Assembly: GCA_016185185.1 (NCBI GenBank)
Contig: JACPOD010000026.1
Location: forward strand, 1,790 to 65,789
From: Sphingobacteriales bacterium
GTDB taxonomy: Bacteria; Bacteroidota; Bacteroidia; Chitinophagales; Chitinophagaceae
Direction: 5' to 3'
Length of the DNA: 64,000 bases
Below are positions 1-9,893 of this stretch, piece by piece. The notes under the pieces are model-generated. The model saw nothing but the letters and a program-made list of their open reading frames with translations. It ran no database searches and was not told where the DNA came from. Every line of letters begins with the position of its first letter. Position 1 is the first letter of the stretch. Position numbers and translations under genes: made by a program.

Positions 1-199
1 CATACGTTGAATCTGAATTCAATATTATGGTAACGCCATTTATATTGTTCCATGCACCACCATTACCGGGACTCATGAACGATTGATACTCTTTCCATGT
101 CCCGGGTAAAGTATTATCATATTTCCTGTCATTGTTTTTTTCACAACCAATTACAAAAACAAGTGCGGTAGCAACGGCCGATAAAAAAAGATTCTTCAT
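1..199 (-). CDS. putative lipoprotein, N-terminal part (gene runs off the window start)
   Basis: Own translation from ATG at 199-197: MKNLFLSAVATALVFVIGCEKNND... The frame has a signal peptide with a lipobox-like VIGC and stays open to position 1. Confidence 0.45.
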   Translation of the reverse strand, partial: MKNLFLSAVATALVFVIGCEKNNDRKYDNTLPGTWKEYQSFMSPGNGGAWNNINGVTIILNSDSTY

Positions 200-254
200 T
201 TTTCTGTCTTTATATAATGTTGACCGCATATGTTTAATTAACGTTGCATACAAA

Positions 255-288
255 ATTAAAAAAACGGATGAATAATTTCATCCGTTTT
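255..288 (-). terminator. rho-independent terminator downstream of mdh
   Basis: Stem acggatgaa (264-272) pairs with ttcatccgt (277-285). The A-run at 255-263 gives a T-run on the minus strand. Confidence 0.6.
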
Positions 289-303
289 AAACTATCGTTG
301 GCT

Positions 304-364
304 AACCTGTCAGGTGACTTTATACCTTTTAAGATTTAGGTTGCTATGTGTCACCTGACAGGTT
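304..364. repeat. perfect 15-bp inverted repeat with 31-nt loop
   Basis: aacctgtcaggtgac (304-318) is the exact reverse complement of gtcacctgacaggtt (350-364). Confidence 0.8.
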
Positions 365-373
365 TTGATATTT

Positions 374-1309
374 TTATAAACTTAAAGTGCTTAAAACATT
401 GTTCATGTTTCTTACTGCATCGGCACTTTTGTTGAAGGTAGCTTGTTCTTCTTCATTGAGTTTGTAGTCAATAATTTTTTCCCAGCCATTTCTTCCAATC
501 ACTACAGGAACACCCAGGCAAATATCTTTTTGTCCGTATTCACCATCCAGAGAAACACAACAGGGAACTACACGTTTTTCATCTCTTAAAATACTTTCTA
601 CTAAAAAAGCTCCCGCAGCACCCGGTGCATACCAGGCAGAAGTTCCTAATAAACCAGTAAGCGTTGCGCCGCCCACCATCGTATCAGACGCTACTTTCTT
701 TAAAGTATCAGCATCAGCAAAATTGCTTACAGGCATGCCCATGTATGTTGCTAATCTTGTTAATGGAATCATGGTAGTATCACCATGGCCACCAATAACA
801 CTTGCCTGCAAATCGTTTGAAGAACAACCAAGGGCCTGGCTTAAATAGTAACGGAACCTGGCACTATCCAACGCACCACCCATACCAATCACCCGGTTCT
901 TTGGTAAACCACTTGATTTTAACGTGAGGTAAGTCATCGTATCCATCGGGTTACTGATGATGATGAGAATTGTATTAGGAGAATGTTGTAATAAATTTTG
1001 TGTAACTGTTTTTACAATACCGGCGTTAATGCCAATCAACTCTTCACGGGTCATACCCGGTTTGCGGGGAAGACCGGAAGTTACCACACATACATCACTG
1101 CCGGCTGTTTTGCTGTAATCGTTCGTGCTGCCAACGATCTTGGTATCAAAACCTTCGATCTGGGATGTCTGCATCAGGTCCATAGCTTTACCTTCGGCCA
1201 CACCTTCTTTAATATCGAGAATTACTAATTCGCTGCACAATTGTTTACGGGCAATATTATCGGCACAGGTTGCTCCCACGGCACCGGCACCCACTACTGT
1301 AACTTTCAT
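374..1309 (-). CDS. mdh: malate dehydrogenase (LDH-like MDH family)
   Basis: MKVTVVGAGAVGATCA Rossmann motif, plus GLPRKPGMTREELIGINAGI and IGGHGDTM motifs. ORF 374..1321, with the likely start at the internal ATG at 1309. Confidence 0.93.
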   Translation of the reverse strand: MKVTVVGAGAVGATCADNIARKQLCSELVILDIKEGVAEGKAMDLMQTSQIEGFDTKIVGSTNDYSKTAGSDVCVVTSGLPRKPGMTREELIGINAGIVKTVTQNLLQHSPNTILIIISNPMDTMTYLTLKSSGLPKNRVIGMGGALDSARFRYYLSQALGCSSNDLQASVIGGHGDTTMIPLTRLATYMGMPVSNFADADTLKKVASDTMVGGATLTGLLGTSAWYAPGAAGAFLVESILRDEKRVVPCCVSLDGEYGQKDICLGVPVVIGRNGWEKIIDYKLNEEEQATFNKSADAVRNMNNVLSTLSL

Positions 1310-1348
1310 TTTTAAAAACATTTATAAGTAAGAAAATTATTTGCGGTG

Positions 1349-1356
1349 CAAAGGTA
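1349..1356 (-). promoter_or_regulatory. Bacteroidota -7 box (TAccTTTG on minus strand) for mdh
   Basis: caaaggta is the reverse complement of TAnnTTTG and lies about 30-40 nt upstream of the mdh start. Confidence 0.45.
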
Positions 1357-1367
1357 GGGGAGCGGGG

Positions 1368-1416
1368 TGAATTAGGGAATGAGAAATTAAGAATTAGAAA
1401 TAAGGAATAAGAAAGC
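1368..1416. repeat. heptad-phased word array (7 units, GAAATTA/GGAATAA words)
   Basis: Sequence reads tgaatta gggaatg agaaatt aagaatt agaaata aggaata agaaagc. It uses the same word family as the arms at 41025-41114. Confidence 0.75.
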
Positions 1417-1452
1417 GTACAATTTTTTCAACAAGTAAAAATGAAATGGTAA

Positions 1453-1947
1453 TTATTTCAGTGCTTCCAGTAAGTTTTTGATGGTAGTGCCACCGTCCCA
1501 GCCTTTTACTAATTCTCCTTTCTTATTATAAACAGCAACAAAAGGTATATAATGCGCCTGGAAATAAGTGCCAAAGAAATAGAGGTCATCTTTTCCCATT
1601 TTAATGGAGGAATAATTTTCTATATGGTACTGTTCATAAAACTCTTTGATTTTATTCATAGGCAAAGGGGAGATCATTATGAATTGGGTTTTCTTAAAGT
1701 CTCCAATCTGACCGGTAAGTGTTTCTGTGAATTTCTTACAATGCTCACAATCCGGACTGAAATAAACAATAACAGTGGCAGTTTTTTTCTTCAGGTCACT
1801 TTTATAAAAAAGAGAACTGTCGGTCATCATCATTTTAAAAAAAGGGATCTTTTTGTCCATCAGGTACGGTGTCTTGCTGCTGTCAGCATCCTGGCTATGT
1901 GCCAGGGAATTCAGGAACAGGAAAAAAACGGTAACGGCATATTTCAT
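1453..1947 (-). CDS. thioredoxin-fold thiol-disulfide oxidoreductase (TlpA-like), exported
   Basis: N-terminal signal peptide, SPDCEHCKKF CxxC motif, size about 160 aa. Confidence 0.6.
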   Translation of the reverse strand: MKYAVTVFFLFLNSLAHSQDADSSKTPYLMDKKIPFFKMMMTDSSLFYKSDLKKKTATVIVYFSPDCEHCKKFTETLTGQIGDFKKTQFIMISPLPMNKIKEFYEQYHIENYSSIKMGKDDLYFFGTYFQAHYIPFVAVYNKKGELVKGWDGGTTIKNLLEALK

Positions 1948-2029
1948 CCCTCAAATCTAAACTTTATCAATGTTTTTTTGCTGTTAAAAAAAGGGGATCA
2001 AACAGTTTCAGCGGTAGGGCGAAGAACCG

Positions 2030-2037
2030 TATCTTTG
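2030..2037 (+). promoter_or_regulatory. -7 box TAtcTTTG upstream of efp
   Basis: tatctttg lies 65 nt upstream of the efp ATG. Confidence 0.4.
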
Positions 2038-2101
2038 CGGCCTTAATAAATTTAAAAAAACAGGCTATCAGCCAACCGCTAATAGCTAAAAGCATTTTCA
2101 A

Positions 2102-2665
2102 ATGGCAAATACTTCAGACATCAGCCGGGGAATGATCATTAAACTTGATGGCAGTTTATACTCCGTAGTGGAGTTTGGCGAAAACAAAACGGCCCGTGCC
2201 GCCGCTAAAGTGTGGGCTAAACTAAAAGGCGTGGATAATAACCGTTCCATTGAAAAAACATGGAACAGCGGTGATAATATTTACCCCGTTCGTGTGGAAA
2301 GAAAGAGTTACCAGTATTTGTATAAAGATGATACCGGTTACAATTTTATGGATACCGAAACTTTTGAACAATTGGCCGTAAACGAAAATATGGTGGATGC
2401 CCCGCAGTTTTTAAAAGACGGACAGGAAGTAAGTATGCTCATCAATACAGAAACAGAATTACCCATGAGTGTGGAACTGCCTGATAAAATTGTTTTGCAG
2501 GTTACCTATAGTGAGCCCGGAGTAAAAGGAGATACGGCTACCCGTACTTTAAAAGCCGCCACTGTAGAAACAGGAGCTACCGTAATGGTTCCTTTGTTTG
2601 TAAATGAAGGGGAGATGATTCGGGTGAATACCAAGAGCGGGGAATATGTGGAGAGGGTGAAGTAA
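2102..2665 (+). CDS. efp: translation elongation factor P
   Basis: 187 aa with the typical EF-P N-terminus MANTSDISRGMIIKLDGSLYSVVEF. The efp-accB-accC order is a common synteny. Confidence 0.95.
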   Translation: MANTSDISRGMIIKLDGSLYSVVEFGENKTARAAAKVWAKLKGVDNNRSIEKTWNSGDNIYPVRVERKSYQYLYKDDTGYNFMDTETFEQLAVNENMVDAPQFLKDGQEVSMLINTETELPMSVELPDKIVLQVTYSEPGVKGDTATRTLKAATVETGATVMVPLFVNEGEMIRVNTKSGEYVERVK

Positions 2666-2686
2666 AATTATTCTACTTTATAGATA

Positions 2687-2718
2687 AGCCCAAAATCAAC
2701 TGATTTTGGGCTATTTTA
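2687..2718 (+). terminator. rho-independent terminator after efp
   Basis: 12-bp stem agcccaaaatca / tgattttgggct with a 2-nt loop, followed by attttat. Confidence 0.75.
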
Positions 2719-2826
2719 TGTTGTTTTCACTTCATTTTGCCCTAAAAATGAAAAAATAGCCCAAATCTGAATTGGTTTTCCCTATCTTAGCCGTCCATAA
2801 TTTTTATCTAACGAAAAATCTTCCAA

Positions 2827-3300
2827 ATGGATTTTAAACAAATTCAGGAGTTGATCAAAATGGTCAACAAGTCCAACTTAAGTGAGGTAACGATTGAAGA
2901 AAAAGGGTTCCGTTTAACGATCAAGCAAAAAGAAGATAATGTAACACAGGTAATGGCTGCGGCTCCTGTATATGCACCTGCTCCGGCGCCTGCCGCCGCC
3001 CCGGCTGCAGCAGCTGCAACTCCAGCACCCGCTCCAAAAGCGGAAGCAAAAACTGATAATTTAATTACTATTAAGAGCCCGATGATCGGTACTTTCTACC
3101 GTCGTCCTTCACCCGATAAACCCATATTTACAGAAGTAGGTGATGAGGTTACTCCGGGTAAGGTAGTTTGCATTATTGAAGCTATGAAGCTCTTTAATGA
3201 AATTGAAAGCGAAGTAAAAGGTAAGATCGTAAAAGTGCTGGTAGAAGATCAGTCACCGGTAGAATATGATCAGCCTTTATTTTTAGTAGATCCCAGTTAA
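2827..3300 (+). CDS. accB: acetyl-CoA carboxylase biotin carboxyl carrier protein
   Basis: Ala/Pro-rich linker and the biotinylation motif EAMKLFNEIE. Confidence 0.93.
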   Translation: MDFKQIQELIKMVNKSNLSEVTIEEKGFRLTIKQKEDNVTQVMAAAPVYAPAPAPAAAPAAAAATPAPAPKAEAKTDNLITIKSPMIGTFYRRPSPDKPIFTEVGDEVTPGKVVCIIEAMKLFNEIESEVKGKIVKVLVEDQSPVEYDQPLFLVDPS

Positions 3301-3311
3301 TTTGGCAATTT

Positions 3312-3400
3312 GAAAATATGCTGCTTTGAAAATGAATAAACAATTTCAATATCAGCAGCGTTTAATTTTCAAATTTCCAAATCATCAAATCATCAAATCG
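3312..3400. repeat. imperfect inverted repeat plus 8-bp tandem words in the accB-accC spacer
   Basis: gaaaatatgctgct (3312-3325) pairs imperfectly with agcagcgtttaattttc (3354-3370). Tandem caaatcat caaatcat caaatcg follows at 3378-3400. Confidence 0.6.
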
Positions 3401-3405
3401 AATTC

Positions 3406-4743
3406 ATGTTTAAAAAAATATTAATTGCCAACAGGGGAGAAATTGCATTACGGGTAATACGTACCTGTCGTGAAATGGGTATTAAAACCGTAGCGGTTTA
3501 TTCCACTGCTGATAAAGAAAGCCTCCATATAAAATTTGCAGATGAAGCAGTTTGTATTGGTAAACCTGCCGGTGCAGATTCTTATCTCAACATACCGCAC
3601 ATCATGGCAGCTGCTGAAATTACCAATGCCGATGCCATTCATCCAGGGTATGGTTTCCTGGCAGAAAATGCAAGGTTCTCACAAATATGTGCAGAGCATG
3701 GTATTAAATTTATAGGGCCCACGCCGGAGATGATTAATGCTATGGGTGATAAAATAACGGCTAAGGAAACCATGATAAAAGCAGGCGTTCCTGTTGTGCC
3801 GGGTGGTGGTGGTTTATTGCAGAGTGTGGAAGAAGCAAAAGTGTTAGCAAAAGAAATTGGCTATCCTGTAATATTAAAAGCAACGGCCGGTGGTGGTGGT
3901 AAAGGTATGCGCCTGGTATGGGAAGAAAGTGAAGTAGAAAAAGCATACAGTACCGCTAAAGCAGAAGCTGCTGCATCTTTTAAAAACGATGGTATCTATA
4001 TGGAAAAATTTGTGGAAGAACCACGCCATATTGAGATACAGGTTGCCGGTGACCGTTATGGAAAAGTTTGTCACTTAAGTGAAAGAGACTGTTCCATTCA
4101 GCGTCGTCACCAAAAACTGGTGGAAGAATCACCCTCTCCTTTTATGACTGCTGAGTTAAGGGAACGTATGGGCGAAGCAGCAATTAAAGCAGCCAGCGCC
4201 ATTAATTATGAAAGTGTGGGAACCATTGAGTTCCTTGTTGATAAGCACCGTAACTTCTATTTCATGGAAATGAATACGAGGATACAGGTGGAACATTGCG
4301 TTACAGAAGAAGTAACCAATTTCGATCTGATTAAAGAGCAAATAAAAATTGCGATGGGTGAACCCATCAGCGGTCAAAATTATATACCGGAAGGACATGC
4401 GATCGAATGCCGCATCAATGCAGAAGATCCTTACAATGATTTCCGTCCTTCACCGGGCAGAATTAATGTATTGCATCAGCCGGGTGGCCATGGTATCCGT
4501 ATTGACTCGCATGTGTATGCTGGGTATGTTATCCCTCCTTACTACGATTCAATGATCGCCAAGATCATTGCTGTGGCAAGAACCAGGGAAGAAGCCATTA
4601 ATACCATGAGCCGTGCACTGGCAGAATATGTGATAGAGGGTGTGAAGACAACCATTCCTTTTCACCAGCAACTGATGAAAGATGAAAATTTCCGCAAAGG
4701 AAACTTTACCACTAAGTTTTTGGAATCCTTCCAGTTAAAATAA
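3406..4743 (+). CDS. accC: acetyl-CoA carboxylase biotin carboxylase subunit
   Basis: 445 aa with [24 protein letters not shown] and [10 protein letters not shown] motifs. Confidence 0.96.
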   Translation: MFKKILIANRGEIALRVIRTCREMGIKTVAVYSTADKESLHIKFADEAVCIGKPAGADSYLNIPHIMAAAEITNADAIHPGYGFLAENARFSQICAEHGIKFIGPTPEMINAMGDKITAKETMIKAGVPVVPGGGGLLQSVEEAKVLAKEIGYPVILKATAGGGGKGMRLVWEESEVEKAYSTAKAEAAASFKNDGIYMEKFVEEPRHIEIQVAGDRYGKVCHLSERDCSIQRRHQKLVEESPSPFMTAELRERMGEAAIKAASAINYESVGTIEFLVDKHRNFYFMEMNTRIQVEHCVTEEVTNFDLIKEQIKIAMGEPISGQNYIPEGHAIECRINAEDPYNDFRPSPGRINVLHQPGGHGIRIDSHVYAGYVIPPYYDSMIAKIIAVARTREEAINTMSRALAEYVIEGVKTTIPFHQQLMKDENFRKGNFTTKFLESFQLK

Positions 4744-4789
4744 TTTGTATTGACATGAGAAAAACAAGGCCTCTTCTTTTGAAGGGGCT

Positions 4790-5566
4790 TTATTTTTTTA
4801 TCCGCACCTGCATGGCATAGTGGTATGTATCCAGCGGTGTAAAAACAATCTTTTCTTTTGGAACAAAAGACAGGTAATGATATAATTTTTCTTTGGTAAA
4901 GCGTTGCGACCAGAAACGTTCTTTCGTAGCCGTGAAACTATCGTCCTTAGAAGTAATGACGGACATTCCTATTTTGGCATAGAAATCTTCCTGTTTTTTC
5001 CGGGTGTTGTCGTTATCAATATAACAGGCGCCGATCACCACTTCACCTCCATCATTTAGTAACTGGTATGCATTAAAAAAAATAGATTGAAATTTTTTAT
5101 TTTCCGTGAGGTCGAGTTTTATCCCGGAGTCTTTATAAGTTTCAAAAGGGAAATCATCCGGGTAAAAATTACCGGCGGTAAACCAGGTGGTGATGACAAG
5201 ATCGTATTTTCTTTTCCATTCATTTAGGTTGATGGCATCAAAAAAATGAACAGTTACTTTATCCTGTATGTTTAGGGAACGGATCACTTCATTGGAAATA
5301 TCGATGCAGGGCATGGCATTATCCGTACCATCATACTGACCGATCATATCCCACATGTCTTTAACGCCGCTCAGGTGCCGGGCAATACGGGCATTGCCAA
5401 TACCAATATCTAATATGGAAAGGGGAGATTGTTTGGCAGCATAAATTTCTGTGATCACTTTTTTTAGTTCAATGAATTCTGCCCACTGTGCCTGTATCTG
5501 TTCTTCGGGGAGATGGCTGGTATCAAAAGATTTTTTTACCGTATTCTCGTTATCATACATTTCCAT
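4790..5566 (-). CDS. class I SAM-dependent methyltransferase
   Basis: ILDIGIGNARIA matches SAM-binding motif I. ORF 4790..5584 begins with TTG; the first ATG is at 5566. Confidence 0.55.
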   Translation of the reverse strand: MEMYDNENTVKKSFDTSHLPEEQIQAQWAEFIELKKVITEIYAAKQSPLSILDIGIGNARIARHLSGVKDMWDMIGQYDGTDNAMPCIDISNEVIRSLNIQDKVTVHFFDAINLNEWKRKYDLVITTWFTAGNFYPDDFPFETYKDSGIKLDLTENKKFQSIFFNAYQLLNDGGEVVIGACYIDNDNTRKKQEDFYAKIGMSVITSKDDSFTATKERFWSQRFTKEKLYHYLSFVPKEKIVFTPLDTYHYAMQVRIKK

Positions 5567-5660
5567 GCGGGAAATTTTTGGCAATAGTACAAATTTTCAA
5601 CTATACTGATTAATTGCTGAGGTATTGTTGATCGGGTGATTGGTAATTGTAAAATATTTT

Positions 5661-5984
5661 TTACACTAACAATCTCCATATTCTTGCAAAAACGATTATA
5701 ATTGCTAGTAGACTTAATGAAATAGCTATATAAAGATGCCTTTTTCTATCTGGCGACTTGATGCTAAACATTGCTAAAGTAAATGAAATAATCCCTAAAA
5801 AAATAACATAATATTGATATCCAAATTGAAATAGTTCTTTAATTCCAAAAAGTAATTGAGTTTTTCTATCAACTCTTATGTATTCTTTTGCTATTTGATA
5901 ATTAACAAGCAAGGAAATAGCTATAGAAACAACACTAATTATAATAGAAGCTATTATAAAATTATTTCTTCTTACTTGGTTCAT
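5661..5984 (-). CDS. small integral membrane protein, unknown function
   Basis: 107 aa with about 3 predicted TM helices. The gene is visibly more AT-rich than its neighbours. Confidence 0.4.
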   Translation of the reverse strand: MNQVRRNNFIIASIIISVVSIAISLLVNYQIAKEYIRVDRKTQLLFGIKELFQFGYQYYVIFLGIISFTLAMFSIKSPDRKRHLYIAISLSLLAIIIVFARIWRLLV

Positions 5985-6070
5985 TAAAAAAGAATGATGT
6001 GTTAGAAAAGTGTTGATTTTTGATTAAAGAGCCAAAAATGATAAGTGCCAATACTTGAGTATATTAAATC

Positions 6071-6961
6071 CTATCTAAACCTCTCACTCACCACCATCTC
6101 CTTACTCCCCGCAGTATAAACATAAAATCCTTCACCAGCTTTTACGCCTAATTTGCCAGCAGTAACCATGTTCACCAATAAAGGACAGGGGGCATATTTA
6201 GGATTTCCAAACCCATCGTGCAGTACTTTTAATATGGCCAGACAAACATCCAGTCCAATAAAATCAGCTAACTGTAATGGTCCCATCGGGTGGGCCATGC
6301 CGAGTTTCATTACTGTATCAATTTCTTCCACACCAGCAACGCCTTCGTACAAACTGTAGATGGCTTCGTTGATCATCGGCATCAAAATGCGGTTGGCAAT
6401 AAAGCCAGGATAATCATTTACCACACAGGGTACTTTTCCAAGGTTCTTACTTAGCTCTACTATTGTATCCGTCACTTCTTTTTTAGTAGCATAACCATTA
6501 ATGATCTCCACCAGTTTCATCACCGGTACAGGGTTCATAAAATGCATTCCTATAACCAGCTCTGGTCTTTTGGTAACAGCTGCAATTTTTGTAATGGAAA
6601 TAGAAGAGGTATTGGTGGAAAGTATGCAACCTGCCGGTGCTGCCTCATCCAGTTGTCTGAATATTTTTAATTTAAGTTCTGTATTTTCTGTTGCAGCTTC
6701 TACCACTAACTGCGCATTTTTTACACCGGCTGCTACATCTGTATTCACCGTAATATTGGCAAGCGCTGCATTCTTTTGTTCTTCGGTAATACTTCCTTTG
6801 GATAACTGGCGGTCAAGATTTTTGCTGATCGTTTGTATGGCTTTATCCAGTTGCGCTGCATTTACATCTATAAGTGTAACCGGGTAACCACTTTGTGCAA
6901 ATACATGTGCGATGCCATTACCCATTGTGCCGGCTCCAATAACTGAGACTGTCTGAACCAT
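6071..6961 (-). CDS. 3-hydroxybutyryl-CoA / 3-hydroxyacyl-CoA dehydrogenase
   Basis: VIGAGTMGNGIAHV NAD-binding motif and GFIANRILMPMINEA motif, 296 aa. Confidence 0.9.
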   Translation of the reverse strand: MVQTVSVIGAGTMGNGIAHVFAQSGYPVTLIDVNAAQLDKAIQTISKNLDRQLSKGSITEEQKNAALANITVNTDVAAGVKNAQLVVEAATENTELKLKIFRQLDEAAPAGCILSTNTSSISITKIAAVTKRPELVIGMHFMNPVPVMKLVEIINGYATKKEVTDTIVELSKNLGKVPCVVNDYPGFIANRILMPMINEAIYSLYEGVAGVEEIDTVMKLGMAHPMGPLQLADFIGLDVCLAILKVLHDGFGNPKYAPCPLLVNMVTAGKLGVKAGEGFYVYTAGSKEMVVSERFR

Positions 6962-7114
6962 GATTTACGGGATTTATCTGATTATGTTGAAATAGTTGTT
7001 TATGAAATACAAAAGTAGGTTTATGCTTTTACTGCAAAAACAAACTTGCAATCAAAATATTTTCTATATTTCAGCTCTGATTAAATGAGCTTTTACCTCT
7101 AAACCCCGGCGCCA

Positions 7115-7558
7115 ATGCGCAGCGTACAGGCACAAATTGAAATAAAAACATCCCCATTGCGGATCATCCAGGCATTTTTAGATGCAGAAGACCTGCGTCG
7201 CTGGTGGGGGGTAGCCCGTTCGCTGGTACAACAAAAACCCGGCGGAATGTGGGTGCTTGCCTGGGAAGTTACTTCCAGCGGTATGAAATATGTTACCTCG
7301 GGTATTATTGAAACAGTACATGCTGACGGTTATTTAAAGATCACACACCTGGTTTACCTGCATCCGCAAAAACATATATTGGGCCCCATGGAAATGGAAA
7401 TAAATGTGCAGGCTATTGATGCTAATACCAGTTTATTAAGAGTAGAACAATCGGGCTATTTATTTGGCGGCGATTGGGATTGGTATTATGAAGCGGCGGC
7501 ACAGGGATTTCCGCATTCATTAAACTTATTAAAAACGTATTTGGAGAAGGGTTCTTAG
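7115..7558 (+). CDS. SRPBCC (AHSA1/START-like) family protein
   Basis: 147 aa. The pattern EDLRRWWG...W resembles Aha1-domain proteins. The call is by recollection only. Confidence 0.5.
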   Translation: MRSVQAQIEIKTSPLRIIQAFLDAEDLRRWWGVARSLVQQKPGGMWVLAWEVTSSGMKYVTSGIIETVHADGYLKITHLVYLHPQKHILGPMEMEINVQAIDANTSLLRVEQSGYLFGGDWDWYYEAAAQGFPHSLNLLKTYLEKGS

Positions 7559-7567
7559 TTGGTGTAT

Positions 7568-8206
7568 TTACTTCTTCTTAAAATCTCCCCGCTTCCATGC
7601 TTTTATAAACTCACTCCAGGCGGCAGGGTTTAATAAATTAATAGGAGGTTGCTGACCTGCATAATAAAGTTTTTGAGCCTGCTGGCGTAACTGCCTGTTA
7701 ACGGCTTCTCTTCCATCTGCCGGCAATACTGATGCCAGTGCACGAAGGGTAGCAGCATCATTATTTTTTCTTGCAATCGCTATATCATCATCGGGAACTG
7801 GCGTATTTACAAAATCCCTTTCAAACTGCTCTCTTGTGGGTCGTTGCTTTATAATAGTGGCGGGTAAATAAACAGTATCTGCCACCATTAACTGAATGAG
7901 GCTGTACTGATTGCCCTGTATATTTTTAGCTATAGATACCGTAACCGGCTTGTAACTCACATGGGTAAACTCCACCACATCACCTTTAAGTACAACGATT
8001 GAAAATACCCCCTGGTTGTTGGTGATGGTTCCCCTGTTTTGTCCTTTTATCATGATGGTGGCGCCGGGTATTGCTTTCAGGCTATCACTGGTCATAACTA
8101 CCCCATAAAGCTGAACCACAGAGTCCTGCATGGTTTCAAATTGTGCGAGTACTGATTTGGGTACAAAAAAAAGCAGCAATAAAAGGTATCGTAGAAATTT
8201 GTTCAT
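7568..8206 (-). CDS. carboxypeptidase-regulatory-like domain protein, exported
   Basis: Signal peptide MNKFLRYLLLLLFFVPKSVLAQ. LYGVVMTSDSLKAIPGATIMIKGQNRGTITNNQGVFSI matches the CarboxypepD_reg pattern. The start is taken at ATG 8206. Confidence 0.55.
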   Translation of the reverse strand: MNKFLRYLLLLLFFVPKSVLAQFETMQDSVVQLYGVVMTSDSLKAIPGATIMIKGQNRGTITNNQGVFSIVVLKGDVVEFTHVSYKPVTVSIAKNIQGNQYSLIQLMVADTVYLPATIIKQRPTREQFERDFVNTPVPDDDIAIARKNNDAATLRALASVLPADGREAVNRQLRQQAQKLYYAGQQPPINLLNPAAWSEFIKAWKRGDFKKK

Positions 8207-8262
8207 CCGGTCAAAAATAATGGTATTACCCGAATGAGTAAACAATTACGGCTGCGAATGGT

Positions 8263-8270
8263 TAAATTTG
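8263..8270 (+). promoter_or_regulatory. -7 box TAaaTTTG upstream of apbC
   Basis: taaatttg lies 35 nt upstream of the ATG at 8305. Confidence 0.45.
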
Positions 8271-8304
8271 CGGCCTGATATTTCTTTTTTAACAAATTAT
8301 TGAA

Positions 8305-9402
8305 ATGACTGAGCAAAAAATACTGGAAGCGCTGAGCAATGTACAGGAGCCCGACCTTGGCAAAGACCTTGTTACGCTAAACATGGTAAAGGATATTGTA
8401 ATTGATGGTAACAATGTTTCTTTTACCGTTGTGTTAACAACACCGGCTTGCCCCTTAAAAGATATGATCCGTAATGCCTGTATCAACGCCGTAAAATTGT
8501 TAGTGAAAAAAGAAGCTGATGTTACGGTAAATTTTACTGCTAATACCAGCAGCAACCGTAAAGATGCTGCTACTATTTTGCCTAAAGTAAAAAATATTAT
8601 TGCGGTGGTGAGTGGTAAAGGTGGTGTAGGTAAATCAACTGTAAGTGCAAACCTTGCATTAGCATTAGCGCAGGGTGGCGCAAAAGTTGGTTTGATGGAC
8701 GCTGATATTTACGGACCAAGTGTTCCGATTATGTTTGGCATCCGTGGCCAAAGACCGGTGATGATGGAGATTGAAGGAAAAGGGATGATTGTGCCGATTG
8801 AAAAGTTTGGAATAAAACTGATGAGTATCGGTTCATTGGTTGATGATAAGAACGCAGTAGTATGGCGTGGTCCGATGGCAAGCAGTGCCATCCGCCAGTT
8901 CGTTACGGAAGTATTGTGGGAAGAACTGGATTATTTAATTATTGATATGCCACCGGGTACTGGTGATATTCATTTAACATTAGTGCAAACAGTTCCCGTT
9001 ACAGGGGCAATCATTGTTACTACTCCGCAGGATGTTGCTTTGGCTGATGCAAAGAGAGCAGTTGCTATGTTTGGACAGGCACAAATAAAAGTTCCAATCA
9101 TTGGTTTAGTGGAGAACATGAGTTATTTTATTCCGGCAGAGTTACCCGATAATAAATATTACATCTTTGGTAAAGATGGGGGCAGGCGTTTGGCAGAAGA
9201 ATATGATATTGCCTTCCTGGGGCAAATTCCATTGGTACAAAGCATAAGGGAGGGTGGTGATAGTGGATTGCCCATAATGATGAGTGAAGATAAAATTACC
9301 CGTAAAGCATTTGAAGATTTTGCCGGATTAGCTGCACGGAGTATTGCCATGCGGAATGCACAATACCCATCAACAAAGCCGTTGGAAGTTTTTAGTTCTT
9401 AG
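8305..9402 (+). CDS. apbC: Mrp/NBP35-family Fe-S cluster carrier ATPase
   Basis: N-terminal DUF59-like region followed by the deviant Walker A GKGGVGKST. Its stop codon lies inside the first heptamer units of the array at 9393. Confidence 0.92.
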   Translation: MTEQKILEALSNVQEPDLGKDLVTLNMVKDIVIDGNNVSFTVVLTTPACPLKDMIRNACINAVKLLVKKEADVTVNFTANTSSNRKDAATILPKVKNIIAVVSGKGGVGKSTVSANLALALAQGGAKVGLMDADIYGPSVPIMFGIRGQRPVMMEIEGKGMIVPIEKFGIKLMSIGSLVDDKNAVVWRGPMASSAIRQFVTEVLWEELDYLIIDMPPGTGDIHLTLVQTVPVTGAIIVTTPQDVALADAKRAVAMFGQAQIKVPIIGLVENMSYFIPAELPDNKYYIFGKDGGRRLAEEYDIAFLGQIPLVQSIREGGDSGLPIMMSEDKITRKAFEDFAGLAARSIAMRNAQYPSTKPLEVFSS

Positions 9403-9455
9403 TTTTAAATTCTTAGTTCTTAGTTCTTAGTTCTTAGTTCTGGGTTCTTGGTTCT
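9393..9455 (+). repeat. heptad-phased array, 9 units of TAGTTCT-type words (left arm)
   Basis: Sequence reads tagttct tagtttt aaattct tagttct tagttct tagttct tagttct gggttct tggttct. Confidence 0.9.
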
Positions 9456-9887
9456 GTTTTTTTGTTGCTTATCTGTCTTTAAACTTTGCACCTTTAAATT
9501 CCGCTTGTTTAAATAGTTTATTAAACCTATCAGCATCTTTTGTATTTCTTCTGCAATTGAGTAGAGGCTGTTTAGTTTTTCTTCCGGAATATAATGCCGG
9601 TCAAATATTCTGTACAGCTGTGATTGCGATTCGCAAACAGAACCATGAGCTATTTCAAGAAACTGAATGAATTCTTTATTCCCCCCTCTGCCAAAACCTT
9701 CAGCAATATTGTCCATAACTGAACCACTGGAATTATTAATTTGATCTCTTAATTTAAAATCTGTTTTAAGGCTTGTTTCTGTACAAATAACAAATATTTT
9801 CTTACAAAAAAATCTTGCTTTTTGCCAAACTTCAACGTCTTCAAATTTTTTAAAAGTAGCCAAATGAAAACGTTTAATTATACTCAA
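9420..9887 (-). CDS. four helix bundle protein (23S rRNA intervening-sequence protein family)
   Basis: FEDVEVWQKARFF...NIAEGFGRGGNKEFIQFLEIAHGSVCESQSQL matches the TIGR02436/PF05635 pattern. It has a TTG start, and its C-terminal tail is encoded by the left repeat arm. Confidence 0.8.
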   Translation of the reverse strand: MSIIKRFHLATFKKFEDVEVWQKARFFCKKIFVICTETSLKTDFKLRDQINNSSGSVMDNIAEGFGRGGNKEFIQFLEIAHGSVCESQSQLYRIFDRHYIPEEKLNSLYSIAEEIQKMLIGLINYLNKRNLKVQSLKTDKQQKNRTKNPELRTKN

Positions 9888-9893
9888 ACAATA

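Noticed and set aside
3448-4555. Several 60-80 aa ORFs within accC (both strands).
   Set aside because: They lie inside a full-length, highly conserved biotin carboxylase gene. They are typical shadow ORFs.
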